A DNA stretch of 64,000 bases from Burkholderiales bacterium (GTDB taxonomy: Bacteria > Pseudomonadota > Gammaproteobacteria > Burkholderiales > Gallionellaceae). The notes below the pieces were generated by a model, which saw nothing but the letters and a program-made list of their open reading frames with translations, searched no databases and was not told the origin of the DNA. Below, piece by piece: positions 49,597 through 58,983 of the stretch (positions are counted from its first letter, which is position 1; each line of letters starts with the position of its first letter). The DNA lies in the NCBI GenBank assembly GCA_038329705.1, contig JBBQNH010000004.1:2670-66669 (forward strand). Direction: 5' to 3'. A program made the translations under genes and the position numbers.

Positions 49597-51218
49597 TCGT
49601 TCACCCACTCTTTGATCACGCTGGCTACGATCTTGGGGTCTTGCTGGGCAATCAGCTTGGCGCTGTGAAGATATTGCTCATAGGAGTCGACTTCAGGAGG
49701 ATTTGCAGCACCGTTATTTTCGCCACCCTCCTGTTGTTCATTCGTGCCGTCCGAACCATCCGCGTCGGTGCTGTTTCGAACGGGGTGCAACGCGCGGAAT
49801 GCCGGCCTGATGACACCAAACATGAGATACATCATGGCGATTGCGATCAGCAGATATTTGATGCCATCCTTGGTCAACTCGATCACGTATGGTTGCTTCC
49901 ACCAGGGTACTTCCGCGACGACTTCCTTGCTTTCTGCAAAGGTTGCTACCTGCACATTCAGGCTGTCGCCGCGCTGTGGGTCGAAACCCATGGCATCTTT
50001 TACCAGATTGTTGATCTGTTCCTTCTCGGCATCGCTCAACGGCACGGTGCCGGTCTTGCCCTTGTCGTCAGTGAGCATGCGTGTGCCATTCACCACGACC
50101 GCAACCGACAGGCGTTTGATGGTGCCAACCGGCAGAACGGTGTGGCTGATGGTGCGATCCACCTCAAAGTTAACAGTCGAATCTCTTTGCCGGCTGGATG
50201 CGACGGGATTGTTGGCACTGGACGTGTTTCCGTTGGCTCCCGTAACGATAGCTGCGGTTGCCGGGGCCGGCGGCTGATTGCTCAGCGCCCCGGGGATTCC
50301 CCCGTTCTGGGGAGTGCTGCTTGATGACTGGCTGCTTTGCTGGCTGCGTATCGCTTGTTCTTTCTGGTTTTGATTGGGCTTGAAAACTTCGGAAGTTTGT
50401 TCGGTGCGCGAAAAATCAATATCAGCCGACACCTGGGCGCGCACATTGTCCGCACCTAGCATCGGTATCAACAATGCATTGATGCGTTCGATATAGCTCT
50501 GTTCGACTTGCTTCACATATTTGAGCTGGGTCGCATCGAGTACCTGATTGCTGTCTCCCTCATGGTTGGCACTCAGCAATGTGCCGTTCTGGTCTACCAC
50601 TGTCACGTTCTTGTCGGACAATTCAGGCACGCTGCTGGATATCAGATGAACGATCGCGCTGACCTGGGGTGAATCGAGCAATCGTCCGCCCCGCAGTGTG
50701 AGCACGACAGATGCGCTCGGCTTTTGCTGTTCCTTGATGAACACGCTCGGTTTGGGGATGGCCAGGTGTACACGGGCGGCGGCTACCGCATCAATCGTCT
50801 GCACCGATCGGGCCAGTTCACCCTCCAGCGCGCGCTGGTAATTAACCTGCTCGGCGAACTGGGTGATGCCGAACTTTTGATTTTCCATCAACTCGAAACC
50901 GACATTTCCGCCTTTCGGGAGACCCTGGGAAGCCAGTTTCAAGCGTGCTTCATGCACCTGGTTGGAGGGTACCATCAAGGCACCGCCGCCTTCGGCGAAC
51001 TTGTATGGGATGTTCAATTGTTGCAGCGATTCGATGATCGCACCGCCATCACGATCGGACAGGTTGCTGTACAGAACCCGGTAATCCGGTGATTGCCCCC
51101 ATATCCACATGCCGGCTACCAGAGCAATCGTTGCGGCAATACCAACAGCCACCCCCATCTTTTGCTGGAGGGTGAGCTGGTTAAACCGGTTGGTAACGTT
51201 GTTTTCCTGTTCAGCCAT
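49593..51218 (-). CDS. fliF: MS-ring protein FliF
   Basis: VGFELMENQKFGITQFAEQVNYQRALEGELARS. Confidence 0.98.
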   Translation of the reverse strand: MAEQENNVTNRFNQLTLQQKMGVAVGIAATIALVAGMWIWGQSPDYRVLYSNLSDRDGGAIIESLQQLNIPYKFAEGGGALMVPSNQVHEARLKLASQGLPKGGNVGFELMENQKFGITQFAEQVNYQRALEGELARSVQTIDAVAAARVHLAIPKPSVFIKEQQKPSASVVLTLRGGRLLDSPQVSAIVHLISSSVPELSDKNVTVVDQNGTLLSANHEGDSNQVLDATQLKYVKQVEQSYIERINALLIPMLGADNVRAQVSADIDFSRTEQTSEVFKPNQNQKEQAIRSQQSSQSSSSTPQNGGIPGALSNQPPAPATAAIVTGANGNTSSANNPVASSRQRDSTVNFEVDRTISHTVLPVGTIKRLSVAVVVNGTRMLTDDKGKTGTVPLSDAEKEQINNLVKDAMGFDPQRGDSLNVQVATFAESKEVVAEVPWWKQPYVIELTKDGIKYLLIAIAMMYLMFGVIRPAFRALHPVRNSTDADGSDGTNEQQEGGENNGAANPPEVDSYEQYLHSAKLIAQQDPKIVASVIKEWVNE

Positions 51219-51263
51219 GATGATTTCAAATCGCACCAACTAAGCCACTCGGGCACTGAACGC

Positions 51264-51322
51264 ATTATCAACGGCACAAGGTTCGATGAATACGCAAATA
51301 GGCGGGGAAATCCATGCCTTTT
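51264..51322 (-). promoter_or_regulatory. FlhDC-type class II promoter in the fliF/fliE divergent region
   Basis: Minus strand AAAAGGCA-N11-GCCTATTT (51322-51296) then GATAAT 26 nt downstream. Confidence 0.75.
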
Positions 51323-51416
51323 CGCTTAATGGCTTAAGCGCGCCTTTGAGTATTGTGCACCCACTTGGAATCCAGTCAGCATTGAGTTTCGGGTAGAGAA
51401 CACAAGGAGAAACCAA

Positions 51417-51737
51417 ATGAATACCCCGGCAGTTGACAGTTTGTTGGCACAAATGCGTGTGGCTGCGGCAGCCGCAGGGTTGCGCGAACCAAGCCAGCCG
51501 GTGCAAACCGGGAAAGTGGATTTTGCCAACGTTTTGAAAATGTCATTGGACGGGGTGGCAAACGTTCAAGCCAAGTCGGAGGAGATGCAAAAAGCTTTTG
51601 CGCTGGGTGACGACAGGGTCAGCTTGAGCGATACCATGATCGCCATGCAAAAGGCCAGCATCAACTTTCAAACGACCGTGCAGGTGCGCAACAAGTTCGT
51701 GCAGGCTTACAACGACATCATGAACATGCAAGTCTGA
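51417..51737 (+). CDS. fliE: FliE
   Basis: QVRNKFVQAYNDIMNMQV. Confidence 0.97.
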   Translation: MNTPAVDSLLAQMRVAAAAAGLREPSQPVQTGKVDFANVLKMSLDGVANVQAKSEEMQKAFALGDDRVSLSDTMIAMQKASINFQTTVQVRNKFVQAYNDIMNMQV

Positions 51738-51793
51738 AAATTTTTAAAATCAGTCATGGCAGTTTCATGGCTGCGTGTGGAACGCCTTCCCGA

Positions 51794-52546
51794 TCAAAGT
51801 TTGGAATTTATGCGCTGCATATTCGTGATGTAGCGTTGCAGCATTATGGAGGATGCACCATCGAGATCCTTGAATTCGCATCCGGCCCGTTTGGTTGTAA
51901 CGCCCGAACCGGAAGTCAATAAAACCATATTCTTCACTTCGATCGTTCCCGTTATGCTACCCAGTTCCGGCAGTTCGATCTGGCAATCAGGATAGGATAT
52001 TCCCGGGGTGAGTTCTGTGCCCGATTCCATGCATGTTAGTCCGACGCCACCACAGCTGATATCCATGATGACGAATTCCAGTGGTTTTTTGTCGGGTGTC
52101 GGTTCGCTATCAATGATACATCGCAGCGGTTTGGTCACTGGTGTCATCAGCCGGTAGTATTCGCGCCGTTGCAGACGGTAAAGACTGTCCGGCAATGACA
52201 GATAAAATGCAGGTTGACCCAGATACTCGACACTTTGTGCCTGGCTGGCGGTGAATTGAACCTTGATCTGCAAATGCGAGCTGACGAAGATTAGCCGGTT
52301 GCTTTTGGCGACGTATTTATTGTGCGACGCATCCGGGCTTTGCTCCAGCCACAAGCCCGAGTCATTTGCAGCCAGGATCGTGGTCAGAATGAAACCGTTT
52401 TCGTCGTTGTAATAAAGTGCGACACGGTTGCCCTGTTCGGCGATGTAATGCATCACAAACCTGATTTCATTAGGTGAGGTGATGCGGTGCTTGCCATCTT
52501 CAGTTTGTGACAGTGTTTCTATTTTCAGGGGGATATCTTTTTTCAT
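51794..52546 (-). CDS. ycgR: c-di-GMP-binding flagellar brake YcgR/FlgZ (PilZ)
   Basis: YcgR N-domain plus QRREYYR and DISCGG PilZ motifs. Confidence 0.92.
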   Translation of the reverse strand: MKKDIPLKIETLSQTEDGKHRITSPNEIRFVMHYIAEQGNRVALYYNDENGFILTTILAANDSGLWLEQSPDASHNKYVAKSNRLIFVSSHLQIKVQFTASQAQSVEYLGQPAFYLSLPDSLYRLQRREYYRLMTPVTKPLRCIIDSEPTPDKKPLEFVIMDISCGGVGLTCMESGTELTPGISYPDCQIELPELGSITGTIEVKNMVLLTSGSGVTTKRAGCEFKDLDGASSIMLQRYITNMQRINSKL

Positions 52547-52591
52547 GTTCCAAGTACTGAGCTAACCGCACTGCCGGACATGATAACAAAA

Positions 52592-52891
52592 CTATACCTT
52601 CCTAAACTGGGGAATAGGGGAGGGGTCCGAATGTTCCAGGCGGTATAACCAGGCGAGCAGCTCGGCCACCGCCAAATAAAGTTGTGCGGGGATTTCCTGA
52701 TCGAGCTCAACTTTCATCAACAATCCGACCAAATCTTCGGATTCATGCACAAAAATACCATGCTGTTTGGCGCGTTCGATGATCGCCTGGGCAATAAGTC
52801 CGCGTCCTTTGGCGACCACTTTTGGCGCACCCGGATTGTTGCCATAGGCCAGTGCGATAGCGGCTTGCTGCGATGTGGGTGGTGTCTTCAA
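52592..52891 (-). CDS. Stand-alone FlhB C-terminal-like protein (EscU/YscU/FlhX type)
   Basis: AIALAY..APKVVAKGRG..EIPAQLYLAVAELLAWLY, homologous to FlhB after the NPTH site. Confidence 0.9.
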   Translation of the reverse strand: MKTPPTSQQAAIALAYGNNPGAPKVVAKGRGLIAQAIIERAKQHGIFVHESEDLVGLLMKVELDQEIPAQLYLAVAELLAWLYRLEHSDPSPIPQFRKV

Positions 52892-53955
52892 GATTTTTCC
52901 ACCACTGCGGCGGTCAGCGGGATGTCGGCACCGGCAAGTGAATCTTTGAGTGCGGGCAGAAAACGGTTGAACAGTTCGAAGGTGGCCTGGTCTGCCGCAC
53001 GCAGCGTCAATTGCACCCCGTTTTCAACAAAAACCAGACGGGCATGGATATCACCCAGCCTGGGCAAGGTCAATTCCATTTCGGTGCTCCACTGGCGTTC
53101 AGCTTGCTGGCGGGGCTGGTGCTCGGGATCGCCCTGTATCTCCCATTGCATTTGCTGCCCGGGCCAGATCTGACCCAACCACCCCAGGTGATGGTGTTCG
53201 AGCGCGTGCAGTTGTTGCTGCACCAGTTGCAGCAATTCCTTGGCAATCGGCTGAGAGATAACGTTATTTGCCGATGCGGCCTGATCCGGTTTTGTGCCTG
53301 GTGCAAGTGAGCCGGCTTCACGAAGCGCCCCCGGCGCCGTGAAACTGGCAGTTGGCAACGCTTGCCGATCCGGGCCGGATGGAGGAACACTCCTTCCTGC
53401 CAGCACATTTTGCGGTTCCTCCAGCAATTGATCGGTACTGCGTTCTCCACGTACCCATTGTGCCTGGTGCGATTCATAGAATAAGCCGCTCTTGCCGAGG
53501 ATCTCGCGCAAAGCCCCGGCCAGCAGCTTGGCATCCGGCACGGACTGTGCTGCTTGCCAAACCGCACTTTCGCCGAGTTGCTTGACGATGGGATGCTCGA
53601 GTGGCATTTCGGCAAGATTGGAAAGCATGCGGGCTGTGGCGCCGATTTGCTCCGGCGTCGAAAGCGGATTTGTCGACGCGATCATGCTGAATGTGATTCT
53701 GGGTTGCGTGGCGATCACTTCGAGCCTGATCACATCGCCGCTCCGGATATTGGCGGGCAACCGCATCTGCAGGGCTTGTCCGGCAACCTGAACCTTGAAC
53801 AGTCCTTCGCTTATCCTGGATTGGACTTCAGCTTGGAACTGCTTGCCGGGTTCGAGTTTTATTGCTTGTTTTGACGCGTCGGCGTCAACTGCAATCAGGG
53901 GTTTCCCGGAGCCGGAAATAGTCTGAAGTGCACTGATTAAATTTGCGGGCAGCAT
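52888..53955 (-). CDS. FliK-like protein (FliK C-terminal domain)
   Basis: SGLFYESHQAQW; WPGQQMQWEI; MELTLPRLGDIHARL. Confidence 0.75.
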   Translation of the reverse strand: MLPANLISALQTISGSGKPLIAVDADASKQAIKLEPGKQFQAEVQSRISEGLFKVQVAGQALQMRLPANIRSGDVIRLEVIATQPRITFSMIASTNPLSTPEQIGATARMLSNLAEMPLEHPIVKQLGESAVWQAAQSVPDAKLLAGALREILGKSGLFYESHQAQWVRGERSTDQLLEEPQNVLAGRSVPPSGPDRQALPTASFTAPGALREAGSLAPGTKPDQAASANNVISQPIAKELLQLVQQQLHALEHHHLGWLGQIWPGQQMQWEIQGDPEHQPRQQAERQWSTEMELTLPRLGDIHARLVFVENGVQLTLRAADQATFELFNRFLPALKDSLAGADIPLTAAVVEKS

Positions 53956-54000
53956 GTTTCGCCCGGGGCTGCTGCCGGAGTGGCTGCCTTGGCCGGTATC

Positions 54001-54324
54001 CTATACACCATAGAGCTGATGCAAACTCTGTTCCTTGCGATTGCTTTGCATGATGCGCTGCAATTGTTTGGTCCACATTACGGTGTGATTGCGAATCTCC
54101 GCGTCGTCAGACAGGATCTTCTTGATCAGCTGTATCTTGTGTTGCCTGGTTGGCTCATCCAGTTTGATCTCGGTGTCGACTGACTTCATGGTCGCCACGT
54201 GACAGCTGCATTGTTGCTCAAGGGCAACCAGGCGGTCCCATTCACCTTGTTCGGCAGCGACACGCATCTGGTTGGTAAGAACCGACAGTGATTCATATTG
54301 CTCAACAATGTTGGGAGTGATCAT
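54001..54324 (-). CDS. fliT: Chaperone FliT
   Basis: AAEQGEWDRLVALE..LIKKILSDDAEIR; probable start 54324. Confidence 0.88.
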   Translation of the reverse strand: MITPNIVEQYESLSVLTNQMRVAAEQGEWDRLVALEQQCSCHVATMKSVDTEIKLDEPTRQHKIQLIKKILSDDAEIRNHTVMWTKQLQRIMQSNRKEQSLHQLYGV

Positions 54325-54328
54325 ATCT

Positions 54329-54781
54329 TTATAACTTTGCGTAGGTGAGTTGTTCGTTGGTGGCAACTTTCGCATGCTCAAATGTTTGCGGGGAGACGGG
54401 CTGGCGGATGCTCTCCCATGCGCCCTTTAAACCGGTCAGCAAGCGAGACACTTCTTCAAGGGCATCCATATCGTTTTTCATATTAGCAACCATCAAACTC
54501 ATGCTCATATATTCGTACAGCGAGGCAAGGTTATGTGCCAGTTCACCGCCGACTTTTTTATCAAGGCTGGCATTCAGTCCTTCGTCGATGATGGAGATGG
54601 CTTTGGAGATGGCTGCACCTTTGGCCGCAATGTCATTGCGCAGCATGCCGTTCTTCGCATTGGCAATGGCCAGCAATGCGCCCTGGTACAGCAAAGCTAT
54701 CAGTTTGTGCGGATCTGCCGCCGCTACGCCGGATTCAACGCCGACCGATTCGTAAGTCTTGATCCCGATATGCATGTTCAT
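54329..54781 (-). CDS. fliS: Flagellin chaperone FliS
   Basis: ADPHKLIALLYQG..NLASLYEYM..LKGAW. Confidence 0.96.
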   Translation of the reverse strand: MNMHIGIKTYESVGVESGVAAADPHKLIALLYQGALLAIANAKNGMLRNDIAAKGAAISKAISIIDEGLNASLDKKVGGELAHNLASLYEYMSMSLMVANMKNDMDALEEVSRLLTGLKGAWESIRQPVSPQTFEHAKVATNEQLTYAKL

Positions 54782-54797
54782 GTTCGTTCCCCCCGAT

Positions 54798-56801
54798 TTA
54801 TAGTTTGGCGAGTTGCTGTGTCAGGTAGATGCTGGTCTGGTTCATGCTGGTCAACATCACATCCAGCGCGGAGTATTGCGCGCGATAAGTGGCTTCAATA
54901 CCAGCCAGTCGTTGTTGCAGTGTGATAACGCGATTGCCGATTTCCTTGATCGAATTGTTTATCCCGTTGGTGCGACCCGCGATGAGACCGTTGCTGTCAA
55001 GCATGGATGTCATCAGGTTGGCGAGTTTTTGCGCATAGCCTTGCGAATAGCCGACAGTGCCGCGACTACCGAGTGCGCCGCCATTGACTTGAATTGCCAG
55101 ATCAATGGCTGCGCCATTGCTGGCGGTCAATATCCTGCCTTTCCCGGTGGCGGCTGCATTACCAATCGTGCCGGCGACATCGGTTCCGGCAGTTTGTGTG
55201 GCGGAAGCGCCAAACAGTGTAGAGATGCTGTTGCCGCTGTTGATCGCCACGCTGCTGGTTGAACCGTAGTCGCTGGTGAGGATGGACAGCATCCCCGCAG
55301 TATCTATGCCGGTGTTAATGGTGATACCCGCCGTGGTCAACCCTGCGGAGGCGTTGATCTTGCTTTCGATCTCGGCGGCAAGCTGTTGCGGAGTGTACGT
55401 TCCTCCCGCCAGTGTGATGGAGGCACTCACGCCATTCACCGTCACGTCCAGTGCATCGTTCGATCCGGGTGTGATGACGGTCGTTGCGGCAACGGCCGAC
55501 GTGCCAACGGCACTGCCTTGCGTGGCAAGCTGGGTGATATTTACGTCGTAATTTCCCGGCACCGTATTGGCAGTAGATGTCGAGTAAGCAATCAGGTTGT
55601 CGGAAGCGTTGCCTACCGCGCCGAACAAGCTCGCCACATTGCTGAAGTTGCTGCTCAGCGCACTATTCAGCTTGGCGCTGTCAAGCGCCAATGTGCCATC
55701 TTTCTGGAAGGAGACGCCGATTTGCGACAAGGTGGTCAGCGCGCCGGAAGCGCCGCTGGCAGCGCTGTTGAGTACATTTCGAATCTGTGACCGTATCGTG
55801 CGTATCGTGGCATCTCCCTGGAGAATTGCGCCTTGTTTGGATTTGGGGTCGTAAGATGAGACATTGTTCAATGTTGTGGACAAGTCGTTATATGCCTTGA
55901 CGAATCCGGTGACTGCGTTGGTGACGGTGCTGTTGCTCGGTGAGATGGTCAAACTGGCTGAGGCGGTTGTTACTTTGCTCAAGTTGAGTGTGACCCCGGA
56001 AACGGCGTCCGTTACGGTATTGGATGCCTTGCTGAGGGCAATGCCATTTATCGATAATGCGGAATTTTGCGCCTTGCTCACCTCGGCAAGATTTTGTGTC
56101 GCCGCCGGATCCTGGGCCAGCAAGCTGCCTAATGCGGCATCACCAGACACGGAAATTTTCATGCTGTTGGCCTGACCCGTGCTGCTCGAAGACAATACCA
56201 ATCGATAAGGGGCGGAGCTTCCGTCGTTGATGATGGAAGCGGTAACGCCTATGTTGGCCGTATTGATGGCATCGCGGATGCCTTGCAGAGAGTTATTGCT
56301 GCTGTCGATGGTTACGCTCTTGGTGCCACTGCCATTGCTGGCAAAAGCAGAGCCGGTATAAATACCGCCGCTATTTGTCCCGCCGCTGATGGTGCCGGTT
56401 TCGAAAGTCAGGGTAGTGGATGTCCCGGATCCGATTGCAGCGGTTTGGCTGCTTTGACCTGCGGCAACCAGCCTCTGAGCCTGGGCCAACGCAGTGACAT
56501 CAATGCTATAGGAGCCCGCAGCGGCAGCGCTGGTCGCAGCTGCAGTAAATGCCGACGTGTCGGAAGATGTGGCTGACTGTACCTGGTTGTTGACCGAACT
56601 GTTGAGAATGGTGAGCGCGTTCTGGAAGCTGGACAGCGCACCGCTGATGGCTCCATAAGCGGAGAGTTTGGACTGATAGCTGGCTTCCTGTGCATTCAGT
56701 TTGTTGATCGGCTGCTGCTCAACCGTCATCAACTGGCTGACGATACCATTGACGTCGATACTGGTCGAAGTGGTTGCCGAGGTTGCTGCGACAGTTGCCA
56801 T
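54798..56801 (-). CDS. fliD: Filament cap FliD
   Basis: IDVNGIVSQLMTVE..KLSAYG; FVKAYNDL; YRAQYSALD. Confidence 0.96.
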   Translation of the reverse strand: MATVAATSATTSTSIDVNGIVSQLMTVEQQPINKLNAQEASYQSKLSAYGAISGALSSFQNALTILNSSVNNQVQSATSSDTSAFTAAATSAAAAGSYSIDVTALAQAQRLVAAGQSSQTAAIGSGTSTTLTFETGTISGGTNSGGIYTGSAFASNGSGTKSVTIDSSNNSLQGIRDAINTANIGVTASIINDGSSAPYRLVLSSSSTGQANSMKISVSGDAALGSLLAQDPAATQNLAEVSKAQNSALSINGIALSKASNTVTDAVSGVTLNLSKVTTASASLTISPSNSTVTNAVTGFVKAYNDLSTTLNNVSSYDPKSKQGAILQGDATIRTIRSQIRNVLNSAASGASGALTTLSQIGVSFQKDGTLALDSAKLNSALSSNFSNVASLFGAVGNASDNLIAYSTSTANTVPGNYDVNITQLATQGSAVGTSAVAATTVITPGSNDALDVTVNGVSASITLAGGTYTPQQLAAEIESKINASAGLTTAGITINTGIDTAGMLSILTSDYGSTSSVAINSGNSISTLFGASATQTAGTDVAGTIGNAAATGKGRILTASNGAAIDLAIQVNGGALGSRGTVGYSQGYAQKLANLMTSMLDSNGLIAGRTNGINNSIKEIGNRVITLQQRLAGIEATYRAQYSALDVMLTSMNQTSIYLTQQLAKL

Positions 56802-56810
56802 GGTCAGCTC

Positions 56811-57200
56811 CTATGCTTTTTGCTTTAACAGCATGCCCTGCTGCATGCGCTCTACCGCCATAGAAATCGCCAGTGCTTCCTTGGACGGGATTTGCCTGAT
56901 CACTTCCCCGGTGTCCATGTCTACTACTTTCATGACGGTTTTATTGGAGGTTTCGTCGACACTGAATTCCAGATTCTTGTTGGCTTGTTTTAGCGCATTG
57001 TTGATACTGTCCACAAAACTTTGCAAGTCTGCGGCGGGTTGATTGGTGACCGGCTTGGTCGGATTTTTCGGCAAATCAACGGAAGCGGCCTGTTTGTTCG
57101 GGACAACGACAACAGGCCCGCCGGTAACGGCGAGCCTGTCGTTTGGTTGAATGGCAGGCTGTGGAGCCTGAACTGTGTTACTGCTGTTTTGAATGAGCAT
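56811..57200 (-). CDS. flaG: FlaG family protein
   Basis: LEFSVDE..VMKVVDMDTGEVIRQIPS. Confidence 0.93.
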   Translation of the reverse strand: MLIQNSSNTVQAPQPAIQPNDRLAVTGGPVVVVPNKQAASVDLPKNPTKPVTNQPAADLQSFVDSINNALKQANKNLEFSVDETSNKTVMKVVDMDTGEVIRQIPSKEALAISMAVERMQQGMLLKQKA

Positions 57201-57220
57201 TGCCTCTCTCCTTCACCTAC

Positions 57221-57249
57221 AAAACCCGACCGGTTGATTCCGGCCGGGT
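57221..57249 (-). terminator. Intrinsic terminator/attenuator after fliC
   Basis: Minus strand ACCCGGCCGG-aatcaa-CCGGTCGGGT followed by TTT. Confidence 0.7.
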
Positions 57250-57268
57250 CAAGACTGCATTTTTAAGC

Positions 57269-58756
57269 TTAACGCAACAGAGTCAACACCTGGTTAGGTA
57301 CAGTGTTTGCCTGTGCCAGCATCGCAGTACCAGCCTGTTGCAGGATCTGCGCACGGGTCAGGTTTGCAGTTTCCGCAGCGAAGTCGGTGTCCATGATACG
57401 GCTACGTGCTGCGCTCAGATTGGTCGTGATTGACGCCAGATTGGTGATCGCCGAACTGAAGCGGGATTGCAACGCACCATAGTTGGCACGCTGTCCGTTC
57501 ACGGTGGCAAGCGCCGAATCGATCTGCGAAAGGGCGCGGGTTGCACCGGCTACGCTGGAGATATCGATATTGTTCACTGTCTGCACCTGTGACGATGCGG
57601 CTGTCGCTGTGAAGAAGTCAGTGGCGTTTGCGGCAACCACTCCAAACGATTTTTCGGAATCAAGCGTGATGCTGCCGGTCACGATCGCACTTGCAGCTGC
57701 AGCGGTTGCTACCCCGGCCACGGTGAGTGTTCCGGAACCCACATTGTTTGCAAGGGTGACGTTGTTGCCGGAGTCGTTGGTCAGCGTGATTCCATTGCCG
57801 GCGGTATTGATCTTGGCGGTTACGCCGGTATTGGCTGAGACATCGTTGAAGGCTTTTACCGCACCGGACAGTCCGTCCGAATTGTTGATGACACCGGTTT
57901 GGAAGGTCAGTGTGACCGGGCTGCCGTTGTTGGAGGTGACATTAAGGCTATAGTTGGTAGATACAGCCAGAGCGGTCAAATCAAACTCTGTTCTGGCAGT
58001 TGCGGTAACGCCGCTTTTGTCAGTCGTTGCGTTGATCTGGGCAGCGGCAGTTTGTGCAGTCGAACCCGCAAGTATGGTTATCGCACCGGAAGAACCGGCC
58101 GAGCCGTTGATGGTGATGGCTCCGCCGGCTATGTGGTTTACGCCTGCTGCGCCGGTTTTCGAAATGGTTGCGTTGGCAGTGCTGCCGACTGTCAGGTCAC
58201 CCACACCGTTGCTGCTGGTTGCGGCAACCGAACCGATGCGATAGTTACCGTATTGCGCAGTGCGGAAGTTCGCCGAAGTGGCAGTAATGGTCTGGTTGGC
58301 ATTCGCACCGACCTGGTATACGGACGATGTAAAGCTGCCGTCCAGAAGGTTTTGTCCGTTGAACTGTGTGGAAGTGGCAATGCGGTCCAATTCAGCAGTG
58401 AGCTGGCCGGCTTCTGCCTGCAATGCCTGACGGTCACTGACGCTGTTGGTGGCGTTGGCAGATTGTACCGCCAGTTCACGAATACGTTGCAGCATGTCGC
58501 CTGCGGTGCTCAGTGCGGACTCACCTGTCTGAGCCAGGGAAACGCCATCGTTCGCATTCCGCCCGGCCTGAGTCAGGCCGCGGATCTGGGCAGTCATACG
58601 TTGCGAAATCGCCAGACCGGCGGCGTCGTCTTTGGCGCTGTTGATGCGCAAGCCGGAAGACAAGCGTTGCAACGCGGTCTGCAAAGCACTTCCTGAACCC
58701 ATCAGGTTGTTTTGTGCATTCAGGGATGCAATGTTGGTATTGATAACTGAGGCCAT
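57269..58756 (-). CDS. fliC: Flagellin
   Basis: VINTNIASL..RLSSGLRINSAKDDAAGL; SRIMDTDFAAE..QANTVPNQVLTLLR. Confidence 0.98.
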   Translation of the reverse strand: MASVINTNIASLNAQNNLMGSGSALQTALQRLSSGLRINSAKDDAAGLAISQRMTAQIRGLTQAGRNANDGVSLAQTGESALSTAGDMLQRIRELAVQSANATNSVSDRQALQAEAGQLTAELDRIATSTQFNGQNLLDGSFTSSVYQVGANANQTITATSANFRTAQYGNYRIGSVAATSSNGVGDLTVGSTANATISKTGAAGVNHIAGGAITINGSAGSSGAITILAGSTAQTAAAQINATTDKSGVTATARTEFDLTALAVSTNYSLNVTSNNGSPVTLTFQTGVINNSDGLSGAVKAFNDVSANTGVTAKINTAGNGITLTNDSGNNVTLANNVGSGTLTVAGVATAAAASAIVTGSITLDSEKSFGVVAANATDFFTATAASSQVQTVNNIDISSVAGATRALSQIDSALATVNGQRANYGALQSRFSSAITNLASITTNLSAARSRIMDTDFAAETANLTRAQILQQAGTAMLAQANTVPNQVLTLLR

Positions 58757-58855
58757 TTTATTCTCCTTTTAACTCTAAGTTTGTGTTCCAGCTTGCTTGC
58801 AATTCACGTTGGTTGGCTCAGATGTTGCCTGAATGATCAACCACCGTTGCCCCCG

Positions 58856-58882
58856 TTATCGGAAGAAGCGGGAAAAACTTTA
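58856..58882 (-). promoter_or_regulatory. sigma28 promoter of fliC
   Basis: Minus strand TAAAGTTT-N11-TCCGATAA. Confidence 0.85.
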
Positions 58883-58983
58883 GGGCCTTTTTAGATATTT
58901 GTGGTTTTATGTCTTGGAGGACTTGTAGCAGAGGAATTAAACTCGGGCTGGCGTGTGGCAAAAAGTTGAGTTTGTCCCTGCCA

